From: Sedimentisphaeraceae bacterium JB056
Lineage (GTDB): Bacteria > Planctomycetota > Phycisphaerae > Sedimentisphaerales > Sedimentisphaeraceae
Assembly: GCA_044440125.1 (NCBI GenBank)
Contig: JBITAJ010000004.1
Span: 1-64,000, forward strand
Direction: 5' to 3'
Length of the DNA stretch: 64,000 nt
Shown: positions 8,267-17,480 of the stretch, one piece after another
How positions within the stretch are numbered: position 1 is the first letter of the stretch
Layout: the number at the start of each line of letters is the position of its first letter
Position numbers and translations under genes: made by a program
Notes under the pieces: model-generated
The model's database searches: none
What the model saw: only the letters and a program-made list of their open reading frames with translations
Told to the model about the DNA's origin: nothing

Positions 8267-10221
8267 GCTGCTTTTTCTTTTGTGAAGTTTAAGAGCCCTG
8301 CCGCGAGCAGAATTTCCCTGTCTCTCGGTGAAAGCGTAAGCTTGCCTTCAAACTCACAGCCTTTAGTCTCATTAACAATCTTAACAGTATCGCTGTCTTT
8401 AACCGCATCAACAAGACCGGGGATAGTAAGCTTATCATCCTGATCAATTTTGTCATAATCAGCCGCATCAGCAAACTCTATCGGCACAATCGCAAAGTTA
8501 ATAAGGTTGGCCTTGTGAATTCGCTCAATGCTCTTGGCAATTACCGCACGAACGCCCAGATACATCGGACAAAGTGCCGCATGCTCACGTGATGAGCCCT
8601 GACCATAACTCTCAGAAGCCACTACAATGCCGCCAATCCCCTTGCTCTTAAGCTCAAGGCCGCGGTCAGCAAACGTAGGCTTGCCTTCTTCATTGAAACA
8701 ATTGAAAACAACCTTTGCATACTCAGGCACATTGGAGCGGTACTTTAAATAAGCACCGGCAGGCATGATATGATCGGTTGTGATTTTGTCGCCACATTTG
8801 AGGATTACCTGACCTTCGAGAGTCTCCGCCAAAGGCTTTGGAGACTCAGGCACAACAATTGTAGGTCCGCGAAGAACCTCTGCATTTGCCGCATCTTCAA
8901 CACTCAACGGCTCCATAAGCATACTGTCATCTATTTCGAACTTTTCAGGCAAGTCAACATGCGGATAATTGATATCAAGCTTGCGAGGATCTGTAAACTC
9001 ACCTGTAAGTGCACATGCTACTGCAACTTCAGGGCTCACGAGATACGACATATCACCCTTTGTACCGGTACGTCCGGCAAAGTTACGATTGAAAGTACGA
9101 ACGCTTACAACATCATTTGCAGGAGAAAATCCCTGACCAATACAAGGTCCACAGCCGCATTCAAGAATTCTTACGCCCGCCGCGATTATATCAGAAAGAG
9201 CACCGTTATCTGCAAGCATGTTCAACACCTGCTTACTTCCCGGAGCGATTGCCGCCTCAACCATAGGATGAACCTTGCGTCCCTTCAATGCACGGGCAAC
9301 CATCATAAGATCGGTATAGCTTGAATTAGTACAGCTTCCGATTGCGACCTGATGAACTTTTCTGCCTTCTATTTCGCTTATCGGATTGATATTATCCGGT
9401 GAAGAAGGACACGCTGCCATTGGCTCAAGCTCAGAAAGGTCAATCTCAATTACATGATCGTATACCGCATCACTATCTGCTTCAAGGGGCTGATACACAT
9501 CTTCTCTGCCTTGAGCGGCAAGGAATCTGCGGGTAGTTTCATCACTTGGGAACACACTTGTTGTAACACCAAGCTCAGCACCCATGTTTGTCACAGTCGC
9601 TCTTTGAGGAACACTGAGAGTACTCACTCCTTCGCCGAAATACTCAACCACACATCCAACATTACCCTTTGTACTAAGAATGCTCAGAAGCTTGAGGATG
9701 ATATCCTTGCTTGATACCCAATCAGAAAGCTTGCCGTTGAGCTTGACACCTACAACTTTAGGAGCAGTAAGATAGAACGCTCCGCCGCCCATAGCCACTG
9801 CCACATCCATACCACCGGCACCAATAGCGATCATTCCGATACCGCCGCCTGTAGGAGTATGTGAGTCGCTGCCAAGCAACGTTGCACCCGGTCTGCCGAA
9901 ACGCTCAAGGTGGAGCTGGTGACAAATACCATTGCCAGCACGGCTATGATAAGCACCCGCCTTTGTAGAAACCGTCTGCAGATAGAGGTGGTCATTGTGG
10001 TTTTCAGGCCCAAACTGACTCATATTATGATCAATGTAACTTACACTTTTCTCGGTCTTAACGCGGCCAAGACCCATTGACTCAAAGAGCAAATAGGCAG
10101 TAGTACCGGTTGCGTCCTGCGTAAGCGTTTGGTCGATTTTTATACCGATAGGCTCGCCACATTCCAGCTTACCTTCCATTAAATGTTCTTCCAATATCTT
10201 ATAAACAAGTGTTTTACCCAT
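8260..10221 (-). CDS. acn: Aconitate hydratase (short ~650-aa type)
   Basis: GNGICHQ, GSDSHT, IGSCTNSS, CGPCIG (three Fe-S Cys), FNRNF, ITTDHIMP and YGQGSSREHAA motifs. Confidence 0.9.
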   Translation of the reverse strand: MGKTLVYKILEEHLMEGKLECGEPIGIKIDQTLTQDATGTTAYLLFESMGLGRVKTEKSVSYIDHNMSQFGPENHNDHLYLQTVSTKAGAYHSRAGNGICHQLHLERFGRPGATLLGSDSHTPTGGGIGMIAIGAGGMDVAVAMGGGAFYLTAPKVVGVKLNGKLSDWVSSKDIILKLLSILSTKGNVGCVVEYFGEGVSTLSVPQRATVTNMGAELGVTTSVFPSDETTRRFLAAQGREDVYQPLEADSDAVYDHVIEIDLSELEPMAACPSSPDNINPISEIEGRKVHQVAIGSCTNSSYTDLMMVARALKGRKVHPMVEAAIAPGSKQVLNMLADNGALSDIIAAGVRILECGCGPCIGQGFSPANDVVSVRTFNRNFAGRTGTKGDMSYLVSPEVAVACALTGEFTDPRKLDINYPHVDLPEKFEIDDSMLMEPLSVEDAANAEVLRGPTIVVPESPKPLAETLEGQVILKCGDKITTDHIMPAGAYLKYRSNVPEYAKVVFNCFNEEGKPTFADRGLELKSKGIGGIVVASESYGQGSSREHAALCPMYLGVRAVIAKSIERIHKANLINFAIVPIEFADAADYDKIDQDDKLTIPGLVDAVKDSDTVKIVNETKGCEFEGKLTLSPRDREILLAAGLLNFTKEKAAK

Positions 10222-10429
10222 ATTAAACTATCTCCTGATAATTAAGTTGATATTTATGATAAAGATGGACTGTTCAAGCGACAAAACGCTAAAAAAAGGC
10301 AAAAAAGCCCCCTTTTCAAATCCATCAGAGCAGATATGATACAAAAATGAGCAGATTTTGAAAGAAAATAATCGCCGTTTTTACTTTTGCCAGTACTTAA
10401 GAATCTATGCTGCCAAGAAGATTACTGGA

Positions 10430-11932
10430 TTATTTTATTTTAATCCTATCCATTCTCGGTGCACCACTTAATATATATGGGTCCTGAGGTGTATAATCCG
10501 GCCAGTGACGTTTGGGAGCGGGGCCCATTCCTACAGACATTGCCGATCCAAGATAAGATGAACTGGTAATCCAGTCGAGCAGGCCAAGCTTCATAACGGT
10601 TATTTCCTTGCTGTGGTCCGGGCAGTGATAGAGATTGTAGAATTCCGAAGGATCATTCTCAATATCATAATATTCGCCATAAGGCTGGCAGGAATAGTAA
10701 ACCATCTTTTTATCGGCGGCCCTTACCATAGTAAGGTAATTATCCTCGCAATAAACATTTTCTGGCACTTGCGAGCTGTCGCCTTCGGTTATCCTCTTCA
10801 AATTGCTGCGGCCGTCAAGATAACAGGGAACATTCAGACCAGCAAATTCAAGCAGCGTCGGCCCTATATCCATCTGCGTAAACAGACCGTCATCGACGGC
10901 TTTTCTCTGTGCCTGCGGCAGCCTTATCAGCATCGGCACCTTTGTTGACTGCTCGGTCATAAGCCACTTGTAAACCATCCTGTGGTCGCCGAGATTGTCG
11001 CCGTGATCGCTCGTAAAAACAATGATCGAGTTTTCCAGCAGCCCCTTGGACTCGAGCTTATCCATAATGAAGCCGATTTGTTCATCTATTGCCGTAACGC
11101 GGGCATAATAATGCCGCCGCATATTCCGGATATCCTCAGCCTCCTTATCGTCCAAGCGGCAATTGTATATGCCGTAAACGGGCCCCTGTTTGAGCCTCTC
11201 GGCATTGATGCACTGCTCCATGAAACGCTTGAACTGAGGCGGTTTGGTTTCGAAATCATCACCGCTAACGAGGGGGTCAGGAATATCAACATCCTTATAC
11301 ATATCGATGAACCGCTGCGGCGGAGCGAACGGGTCGTGAGGCCCGACAAAACCGACATGCAAAAAGAACGGTTTATCGCCTTCGTAGTCATCAATCCAAC
11401 GAGAGGCCATCCTGCCAACCCAGTTATCCACGAAGTATTTCTCTTCGAGCGGATAAGGTGCTGAGCAGCACTTTTCAAGCCACTTTCCATCGGCGGTCAA
11501 TAACTCGTTGGGATTAGGCTGACCTTCGGCTTTGAGATAATTGGAGAAATCATCATAGTCTTTGTACTCGGGGAAATTCTCGGCATACACGCGCTCATCA
11601 TAAGCCATATACTCGTCCATAGGCTGGTGATGTACCTTGCCCACGGCCGAAAGATGATAACCACCATCCTTGAGATCATGAAGCCAGGTGCGGATATGGG
11701 ACCAGTTATTGAAGCCGTAGACGCCCGTATTGTGCGGGTAGAGGCCGGTATAAAAAGCGGCTCTCGAAGATACACAAGTAGCCCCGCAGCAGAATGCGTT
11801 GGTAAAAGACACGCTCTCGGAAGCAAGCCTGTCCATATTCGGCGTTATCATATGCGAATTGCCGAGTGCGGCAATAGTGTCACTTCGCTGCTGGTCCGTT
11901 TTTATTACGATTATATTCGGTTTATTTTTCAT
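10430..11932 (-). CDS. Formylglycine-dependent (S1) sulfatase, no signal peptide, atypical CVSSR signature
   Basis: KPNIIVIKTDQQR, TCVSSRAAFYTG, GKVH, GPHDP and FTSDHGD motifs. Confidence 0.88.
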   Translation of the reverse strand: MKNKPNIIVIKTDQQRSDTIAALGNSHMITPNMDRLASESVSFTNAFCCGATCVSSRAAFYTGLYPHNTGVYGFNNWSHIRTWLHDLKDGGYHLSAVGKVHHQPMDEYMAYDERVYAENFPEYKDYDDFSNYLKAEGQPNPNELLTADGKWLEKCCSAPYPLEEKYFVDNWVGRMASRWIDDYEGDKPFFLHVGFVGPHDPFAPPQRFIDMYKDVDIPDPLVSGDDFETKPPQFKRFMEQCINAERLKQGPVYGIYNCRLDDKEAEDIRNMRRHYYARVTAIDEQIGFIMDKLESKGLLENSIIVFTSDHGDNLGDHRMVYKWLMTEQSTKVPMLIRLPQAQRKAVDDGLFTQMDIGPTLLEFAGLNVPCYLDGRSNLKRITEGDSSQVPENVYCEDNYLTMVRAADKKMVYYSCQPYGEYYDIENDPSEFYNLYHCPDHSKEITVMKLGLLDWITSSSYLGSAMSVGMGPAPKRHWPDYTPQDPYILSGAPRMDRIKIK

Positions 11933-11955
11933 ATTTATTCCTGTTTTCGTCTGCT

Positions 11956-14655
11956 TTATCTTTCGAGATACATATCTCTTTTTACCGCAATATCGCGACC
12001 TTGATTCTCAACAACAGCCCCTTTAGTCAGTATTTTCGAATCATTCGCCTTTTCACTTATCTCTACAGGAGAGTTAGTATAATTCTTGAGTGTAATATCC
12101 GATGCGTCGGCAGTATTTATCGGAGAGAATGCATTTGCGGCCGAAGGCATCGAATAACCGAACTTTATAGGGGTCTGGTCGACACCCTTTAAGAACTTAT
12201 CCTGCCAGATGGAAACCTTGTGTCCCTTTCCGGCGATAGTCGCCAGCGCATCCACGGTGTACTGCGTACGGCCCCCGACAAGTTCAATCTCTATATCCGA
12301 ATTTTCTCCGCCGCGAAGATAGAGCAGCGGGCCATAGTTAATATCCCCGGTACAATCCGCTGCTTTGACGTTCTCACCAAGCAGATAGCTTCTTTCGCAG
12401 CCGACTGCCTCGCAGCCCATAATCGTTGTGATGCCGCTGCCATCAGCAGGGCCGCTTATCTCAAAACCGGCGCGTGTATTCTCAGCCCGGCATCTTACCA
12501 TAGTTATTCTGCCGGTCGGCCGCTGAGTTTCTCCGCCACGGCTGTACGTGCGGAAACCGTCTTCGGCAAGGCTTTTCATATAACCGGCAGTGATTTTTTC
12601 TTCACCTTTGCGATTCGTATAAACCGAAGCAAAGCCTTTATCAAAGGCCGGACCGTAAGTATCGCTGAGCATTTCGTCCGTAGAACGCATTTGTCCTTTG
12701 GCATAGCAATCTTCGAAAACAGTATTGAGCCCGCCCTGTACGAAAAAGCAATGTCCGAACGCATAATTTATCACCTTGCATCGCTTCAGGGTGGTATTGG
12801 CACCCATTATTTGCACACCACTGTGCTTTTTCAGTTTCGTTAAGCTGTGAGCTCCCTTACCCAGAAGATCACCGTAACCATAAGGAGCCGACCCCCTGAC
12901 GATAAACTCACAATCAAGCAGCGTGCAGTTATCGCCTGAGATGCTGAAATCCTGCAAGCTCTGGTAAGGCGGATGTTCACCGATATTCTCAAAAACCCCG
13001 CCTTCAAAAGTAAGCCGGTCACCAAGTATTCTATAAACAGAAAGTTCGTGAACCCTTCCCCGCATATCTGCAAGCACCTTGGTGTCTATCGCAATGGTAG
13101 CGCCGCGTAAATCGAAATAATTATCACTGCCGGTAAAGAAAAAGACCGTCTTGTTATCTTCGGCCGGCTGTGTAACTTTGTAGATGCCGGGGGCAAGGCG
13201 TATCTTCCCGCCGCTTTGAGAGACAACTTCACGAAGCTCATCTATTGAATCAATAACCGTAAAGCCTTCCCTGACTTCAAAATCCCTTTCAACCTCTTGC
13301 TTCTGTTCTTTTTCTATGACCTTACAGTTTTGTGCCATTTGGCCAAGCTCTACAGGCATATCGGTATTGTTTGCAATCACTATGCCCTCGGCAGCGGCTT
13401 CGGGTATAATCGCGGATATCTCACCGGCGACCGGCATGCCGTAACCGACCATTATCGGCAGTTTTTTACCGGTATCTATTCCGGCTTTTTGATCAAAGCT
13501 GATCTTGTGATCTTTTCCCGCAATTGTGGCTAATGCATGAACTTTATAATCAGACTTCACAGCCGTAAGACACATCTCTATAACAGAAGGCTCATTTCCT
13601 TCAAGATAGAGCATAGGCCCGTAAATAGCATCGCTTCGGCACTCTGCAAGACGGCCTTTGTTTATATAATAACCGCGTTCGCAGCCCACAGCCTCACAGT
13701 TTTCCAAGCTTACAGGCTCGGTCTGTTCGTTGGCATGAAGGGCAAAACCGACCCGAACATTCTTAGCAATGCAGTTTTGAAGGGTAACTTTGCCGGTCGG
13801 CCTGTTTTCCGGCCCGCCGGAGGCATAGGTGCGATAACCGCATTCATTGAGAGACTTCATATAACCGGGGGCTATTTTATTTTCCCCATCTCTGTTCGTG
13901 TAAACCGATGCGAACCCGTTCTCAAAAGCCGGGCCGGAAGTTTCCGCAAGCATTTGATCGGTGGGCCTCATCTGACCTTCCACATAGCAGTCGGTAAAGA
14001 TGGTATTGATGCCGCCCTGGATAAAGAAACAGTGCCCGAACGAACGATTGAATATCCTGCATCCTGTGATTTTTGTATTTGTACCGCATATCTGAACACC
14101 GCTGTGCTTCTTCAAAGACACAACCTGATTTCCACCTTTTCCCAGCAGATCGCCGTAGCCGTATGGGTAAGAACCGCGGAGATTTACCGTAACATTCACG
14201 AGAGTATTATTATCACCCTGTATCGATACGCTGTTGCCGCCCATGTAAGTAGGCTCGTTGCCAATGTCGGTAATTGTGAGCCCCTTGATCGTGTTGCCGT
14301 TTCCGCTTATTAAAAATTCACGGATATAGCATCGCTTGAAAGCCGAGAGAAATCGTGTATCGACCTCAATAACAACTCCGGTAAGATCGAAAACATTACC
14401 GCTGCCGCTAAATTCAAACATAAAAGCTTCACCTTTTTTACGGCCCTGCTCTTTTGCCTGTGCCATTGCCTCCGCCTGACGGGCAGCTACCATCTCATCT
14501 GTGAGATAATCGCAAAGCCGATAAACTCCGGCAGTCATTTTAATCTGGTTCCCGCTTAAAGCAGCATATTTTGCAAGCTGATTCAAATCTTCAACCTGCA
14601 CCATTGCCGCACAGAAACCACTCATAACCAGAATTGCTGTCAATAACCGTTTCAT
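11956..14655 (-). CDS. Secreted protein with two tandem right-handed beta-helix (pectin-lyase-like) domains of unassigned family
   Basis: Signal peptide; duplicated motifs GSxPYGYGDLLGKG, LKKHSGVQI, FGHCFFxQGG, GYMKSLxE and AVGCERxY. Confidence 0.7.
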   Translation of the reverse strand: MKRLLTAILVMSGFCAAMVQVEDLNQLAKYAALSGNQIKMTAGVYRLCDYLTDEMVAARQAEAMAQAKEQGRKKGEAFMFEFSGSGNVFDLTGVVIEVDTRFLSAFKRCYIREFLISGNGNTIKGLTITDIGNEPTYMGGNSVSIQGDNNTLVNVTVNLRGSYPYGYGDLLGKGGNQVVSLKKHSGVQICGTNTKITGCRIFNRSFGHCFFIQGGINTIFTDCYVEGQMRPTDQMLAETSGPAFENGFASVYTNRDGENKIAPGYMKSLNECGYRTYASGGPENRPTGKVTLQNCIAKNVRVGFALHANEQTEPVSLENCEAVGCERGYYINKGRLAECRSDAIYGPMLYLEGNEPSVIEMCLTAVKSDYKVHALATIAGKDHKISFDQKAGIDTGKKLPIMVGYGMPVAGEISAIIPEAAAEGIVIANNTDMPVELGQMAQNCKVIEKEQKQEVERDFEVREGFTVIDSIDELREVVSQSGGKIRLAPGIYKVTQPAEDNKTVFFFTGSDNYFDLRGATIAIDTKVLADMRGRVHELSVYRILGDRLTFEGGVFENIGEHPPYQSLQDFSISGDNCTLLDCEFIVRGSAPYGYGDLLGKGAHSLTKLKKHSGVQIMGANTTLKRCKVINYAFGHCFFVQGGLNTVFEDCYAKGQMRSTDEMLSDTYGPAFDKGFASVYTNRKGEEKITAGYMKSLAEDGFRTYSRGGETQRPTGRITMVRCRAENTRAGFEISGPADGSGITTIMGCEAVGCERSYLLGENVKAADCTGDINYGPLLYLRGGENSDIEIELVGGRTQYTVDALATIAGKGHKVSIWQDKFLKGVDQTPIKFGYSMPSAANAFSPINTADASDITLKNYTNSPVEISEKANDSKILTKGAVVENQGRDIAVKRDMYLER

Positions 14656-14664
14656 TTTCTCTCC

Positions 14665-16026
14665 TTATACAATAAAAGCATTTTGACGTGCAAGAAGCGA
14701 CCTTACATCTTCAGCGTTAGCGCTTCCAACCGGAATATTATTTTTGCAGGCAACAGCCGCCAATGCACCTGAAGCATGGCCTACCGCCCCCATTGTGGGC
14801 GTGGTACGTATCGCCGCCTGGGCCTCAAATTCGGCAGATATGCAACGTCCGGTCGTTATAAGGTTCGACACCGTGTCATTAAGCATACAGCCCATAGGTA
14901 TGCCGTAATAATCGCCTTTGTCGAACTTTGGCACCACATAGTGGTCTTTAATGCCGGCTTCAACGGGATGAATGTCTATCGGATAGCCGCAGTAGGCAAT
15001 AGAATCGGCCGGCTTTTTGAATTCGAGTATATCCGCAGCCTTGAGCATGTCTTTACCAATGATCTGTCTTGAACTGCGGATACCGATATTGGGTCCGGAG
15101 AACATAAGAGAGGCATTTTCAAAACCCGGTACGTAGCCCTTGAGGAAACGCTCAAGGCACGCCACCTGCTCGCGACCGGTCATCTCGGCCTTGCTGAGAG
15201 AAAACGGATCGGTCGGATCGCAGCCGAATATCCTCGAAGTGTTTATGATGAATTCACCGGGGTTGCTGGTCTCGAATATCAGCAGCGAATCTCTGTCGAT
15301 ATTGAAATCACCATTGGCCTTTGCCTTTGCCACCAGGCTCAAAAAACCGCCAAGCGATAAACGCTCGCCCTTATCTATAGAATTCACATCGCCGCCAAGC
15401 GTTGGAAAATCCTGGGGATTGTCTTTGATGTAACGGCGTGTCGCGGCAGTATCAACGCCGCAGAACCTCGCTTTTAGGGTTACAGGCTGACATTTACCGT
15501 CACCGCGTCCTTTGGTAAACGGCACACCTGCCCACACGGAAAGATCGCCGTCACCGGTCGCATCGACGTACAGCTCGGCACGAAGCCTCTGCAATCCGGC
15601 CTTGCTGCATACCGTAATATCATTTATTTTGCCATTAGAGGCATCCACAGCGGCCAGCATCGTATGGAATACAACCTCAACGCCCGCCTCGGTACACATA
15701 AGATCAAGCTCACGCTTCATTGCCTCTGCATCGAAAGGCGTTACAGTATAGGTGTATTTTGTAGTGTCATAGATATGGCCCGTTGATTTGCCTTTAAGTT
15801 TGAGCCTGTCGATAAGCTCGCCGGTTACACCCTGAACTACCTGCGTTTGTCCTGCATGGAAGGTCATCATAGGCCCCACTCCCGCGGCAGTAAGCATACC
15901 GCCGAGAAAACCATACTGTTCGATCAGAAGAACCGAAACGCCCTCTCTCGCGGCAGATATCGCCGCCATAGAACCTGAAATACCGCCACCAACAACTATA
16001 ACATCATATTTTTTATCAAAACTCAT
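14665..16026 (-). CDS. FAD-dependent oxidoreductase (FAD_oxidored family)
   Basis: YDVIVVGGGISGSMAAISAAREG, YVDATGDGDL, YPIDIH and NLITTGRCIS motifs; alternative TTG start at 16038. Confidence 0.85.
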   Translation of the reverse strand: MSFDKKYDVIVVGGGISGSMAAISAAREGVSVLLIEQYGFLGGMLTAAGVGPMMTFHAGQTQVVQGVTGELIDRLKLKGKSTGHIYDTTKYTYTVTPFDAEAMKRELDLMCTEAGVEVVFHTMLAAVDASNGKINDITVCSKAGLQRLRAELYVDATGDGDLSVWAGVPFTKGRGDGKCQPVTLKARFCGVDTAATRRYIKDNPQDFPTLGGDVNSIDKGERLSLGGFLSLVAKAKANGDFNIDRDSLLIFETSNPGEFIINTSRIFGCDPTDPFSLSKAEMTGREQVACLERFLKGYVPGFENASLMFSGPNIGIRSSRQIIGKDMLKAADILEFKKPADSIAYCGYPIDIHPVEAGIKDHYVVPKFDKGDYYGIPMGCMLNDTVSNLITTGRCISAEFEAQAAIRTTPTMGAVGHASGALAAVACKNNIPVGSANAEDVRSLLARQNAFIV

Positions 16027-16034
16027 AGTGTCTT

Positions 16035-17480
16035 TCAATCTGATTTTTCTTTAATATATTCTATCTTATTGCCGCTGCCGTTATCCTCAAGGATTTCACC
16101 GTCAGTGAACACCCGGCAGTCATACGAAAATCTGCCCAATACCACAGGCATACCCGTCTGGTTTATCAGAGTAACCTCGCGGGCAGTAGAAAAATGAGCC
16201 GGATCGGTCTCGGGCTCCCTGAACCTGTGAACATCGGCCCAGAATGATTCGCCGAAAACTATCGGGATATCCTTCTCCAGCTTTTGGCCCTTGTAATTTT
16301 GAAGGACTATCCTGTGACCGCTGCCGTTTACCTCGGCAAGCCTTGCGGGAGGAAAATCACTGGTAGAGCCGACAAGCTCAAGCTCTACATTACAGTCTTT
16401 TATATCAACACCTGGAAAAGCAATTAAAGGCCCGTACATAGCATCGCCCCGACTGTTCTTTATCACCCCGCCGCTGGGCAGAGAGTAGCCTTTTTCCTGA
16501 CAACCTACGGCCTCACAACCATTGACAATAACTTTGCCGGAGGTAGCACTAAGATCAAAGCCGCTTCGCATATTTTTGACCTTACAATCTATGACGGTTA
16601 CATTCTCAGTCTTGCGGCCAAAGATTGCCCCACCCGGATAAGTGCGTATGCCGTCTTCCGACAATGCCTTGATCTGACCGGGCTCTATTTTTCCCGGCGG
16701 ATAATCGCTCCTGAAATCCACCTCAAAGGCAGGGCCGGATGCCTCTTTGAGCATTTCATCGGTCGTCCGCATAAGCCCCTCAACATAGCAATCCTTTATA
16801 TAGGTATCCACGGCACCCTGCATCACAATTCCGTGACCGAACGCGTGAGTAACAACCTTGCAGCCGATAAGTCTATTGCTGCGGCCCGTAACAAGCAGAG
16901 ATGAATGTTTGTGAAGATCGACAAGAGCATTGCCGCCTTTGCCCAGCAGATGACCGTAACCAAAAGGAGACGAGCCTTGAATATAAAGGTCGGCATTGGA
17001 TATAGTGTTGTTATCACCCATAACATGCATCATAATGACACTGCGGACAGGTATCTCGGCTCCAACATCTTTTACCGTAAGGCCCTCGATGGTATTGTTG
17101 TTACCACTGACGAACACCTCGAACAGGTGCGTATTGCCGTAAGAGCGGTGCAGGCGGGTATCGATATTTATGACAGTATCATCAAATATGAACGTACTTC
17201 CGTTTCCGGAGAAGTTCAGCAGAGAGCTTACCGGATAATCGATCTTCGGCTTACCGTCCTTATACTTTTTGAGCATCATTCGTTTGCCAATAGATTCATC
17301 GGATATCGTATAGATGCCGGGTTTGAGCTTCACCTTCACTGCATCCCGATCAAGAAAAGCTGTAAGGCTCTCGATAGAATCGACAACAACAGGCTCATCG
17401 GCGGCAAAACATTGCGGCAAGCATATCGCCAATAATAAAATACCTATAACTTTATTCAACACGTTTTTAGTACAGATCAT
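16035..17480 (-). CDS. Secreted single-domain paralog of the beta-helix domain in 11956-14655
   Basis: GSSPFGYGHLLGKGG, LHKHSS, AFGHGIVMQG, EGLMRTTDEML, LSEDGIRTY and GDAMYGPL motifs; ATG overlaps the upstream stop (ATGA). Confidence 0.7.
   Translation of the reverse strand: MICTKNVLNKVIGILLLAICLPQCFAADEPVVVDSIESLTAFLDRDAVKVKLKPGIYTISDESIGKRMMLKKYKDGKPKIDYPVSSLLNFSGNGSTFIFDDTVINIDTRLHRSYGNTHLFEVFVSGNNNTIEGLTVKDVGAEIPVRSVIMMHVMGDNNTISNADLYIQGSSPFGYGHLLGKGGNALVDLHKHSSLLVTGRSNRLIGCKVVTHAFGHGIVMQGAVDTYIKDCYVEGLMRTTDEMLKEASGPAFEVDFRSDYPPGKIEPGQIKALSEDGIRTYPGGAIFGRKTENVTVIDCKVKNMRSGFDLSATSGKVIVNGCEAVGCQEKGYSLPSGGVIKNSRGDAMYGPLIAFPGVDIKDCNVELELVGSTSDFPPARLAEVNGSGHRIVLQNYKGQKLEKDIPIVFGESFWADVHRFREPETDPAHFSTAREVTLINQTGMPVVLGRFSYDCRVFTDGEILEDNGSGNKIEYIKEKSD

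Noticed and set aside
12220..14313. Plus-strand ORFs of 207 and 258 aa
   Set aside because: Antisense shadows of the 899-aa gene, with no recognisable motifs.
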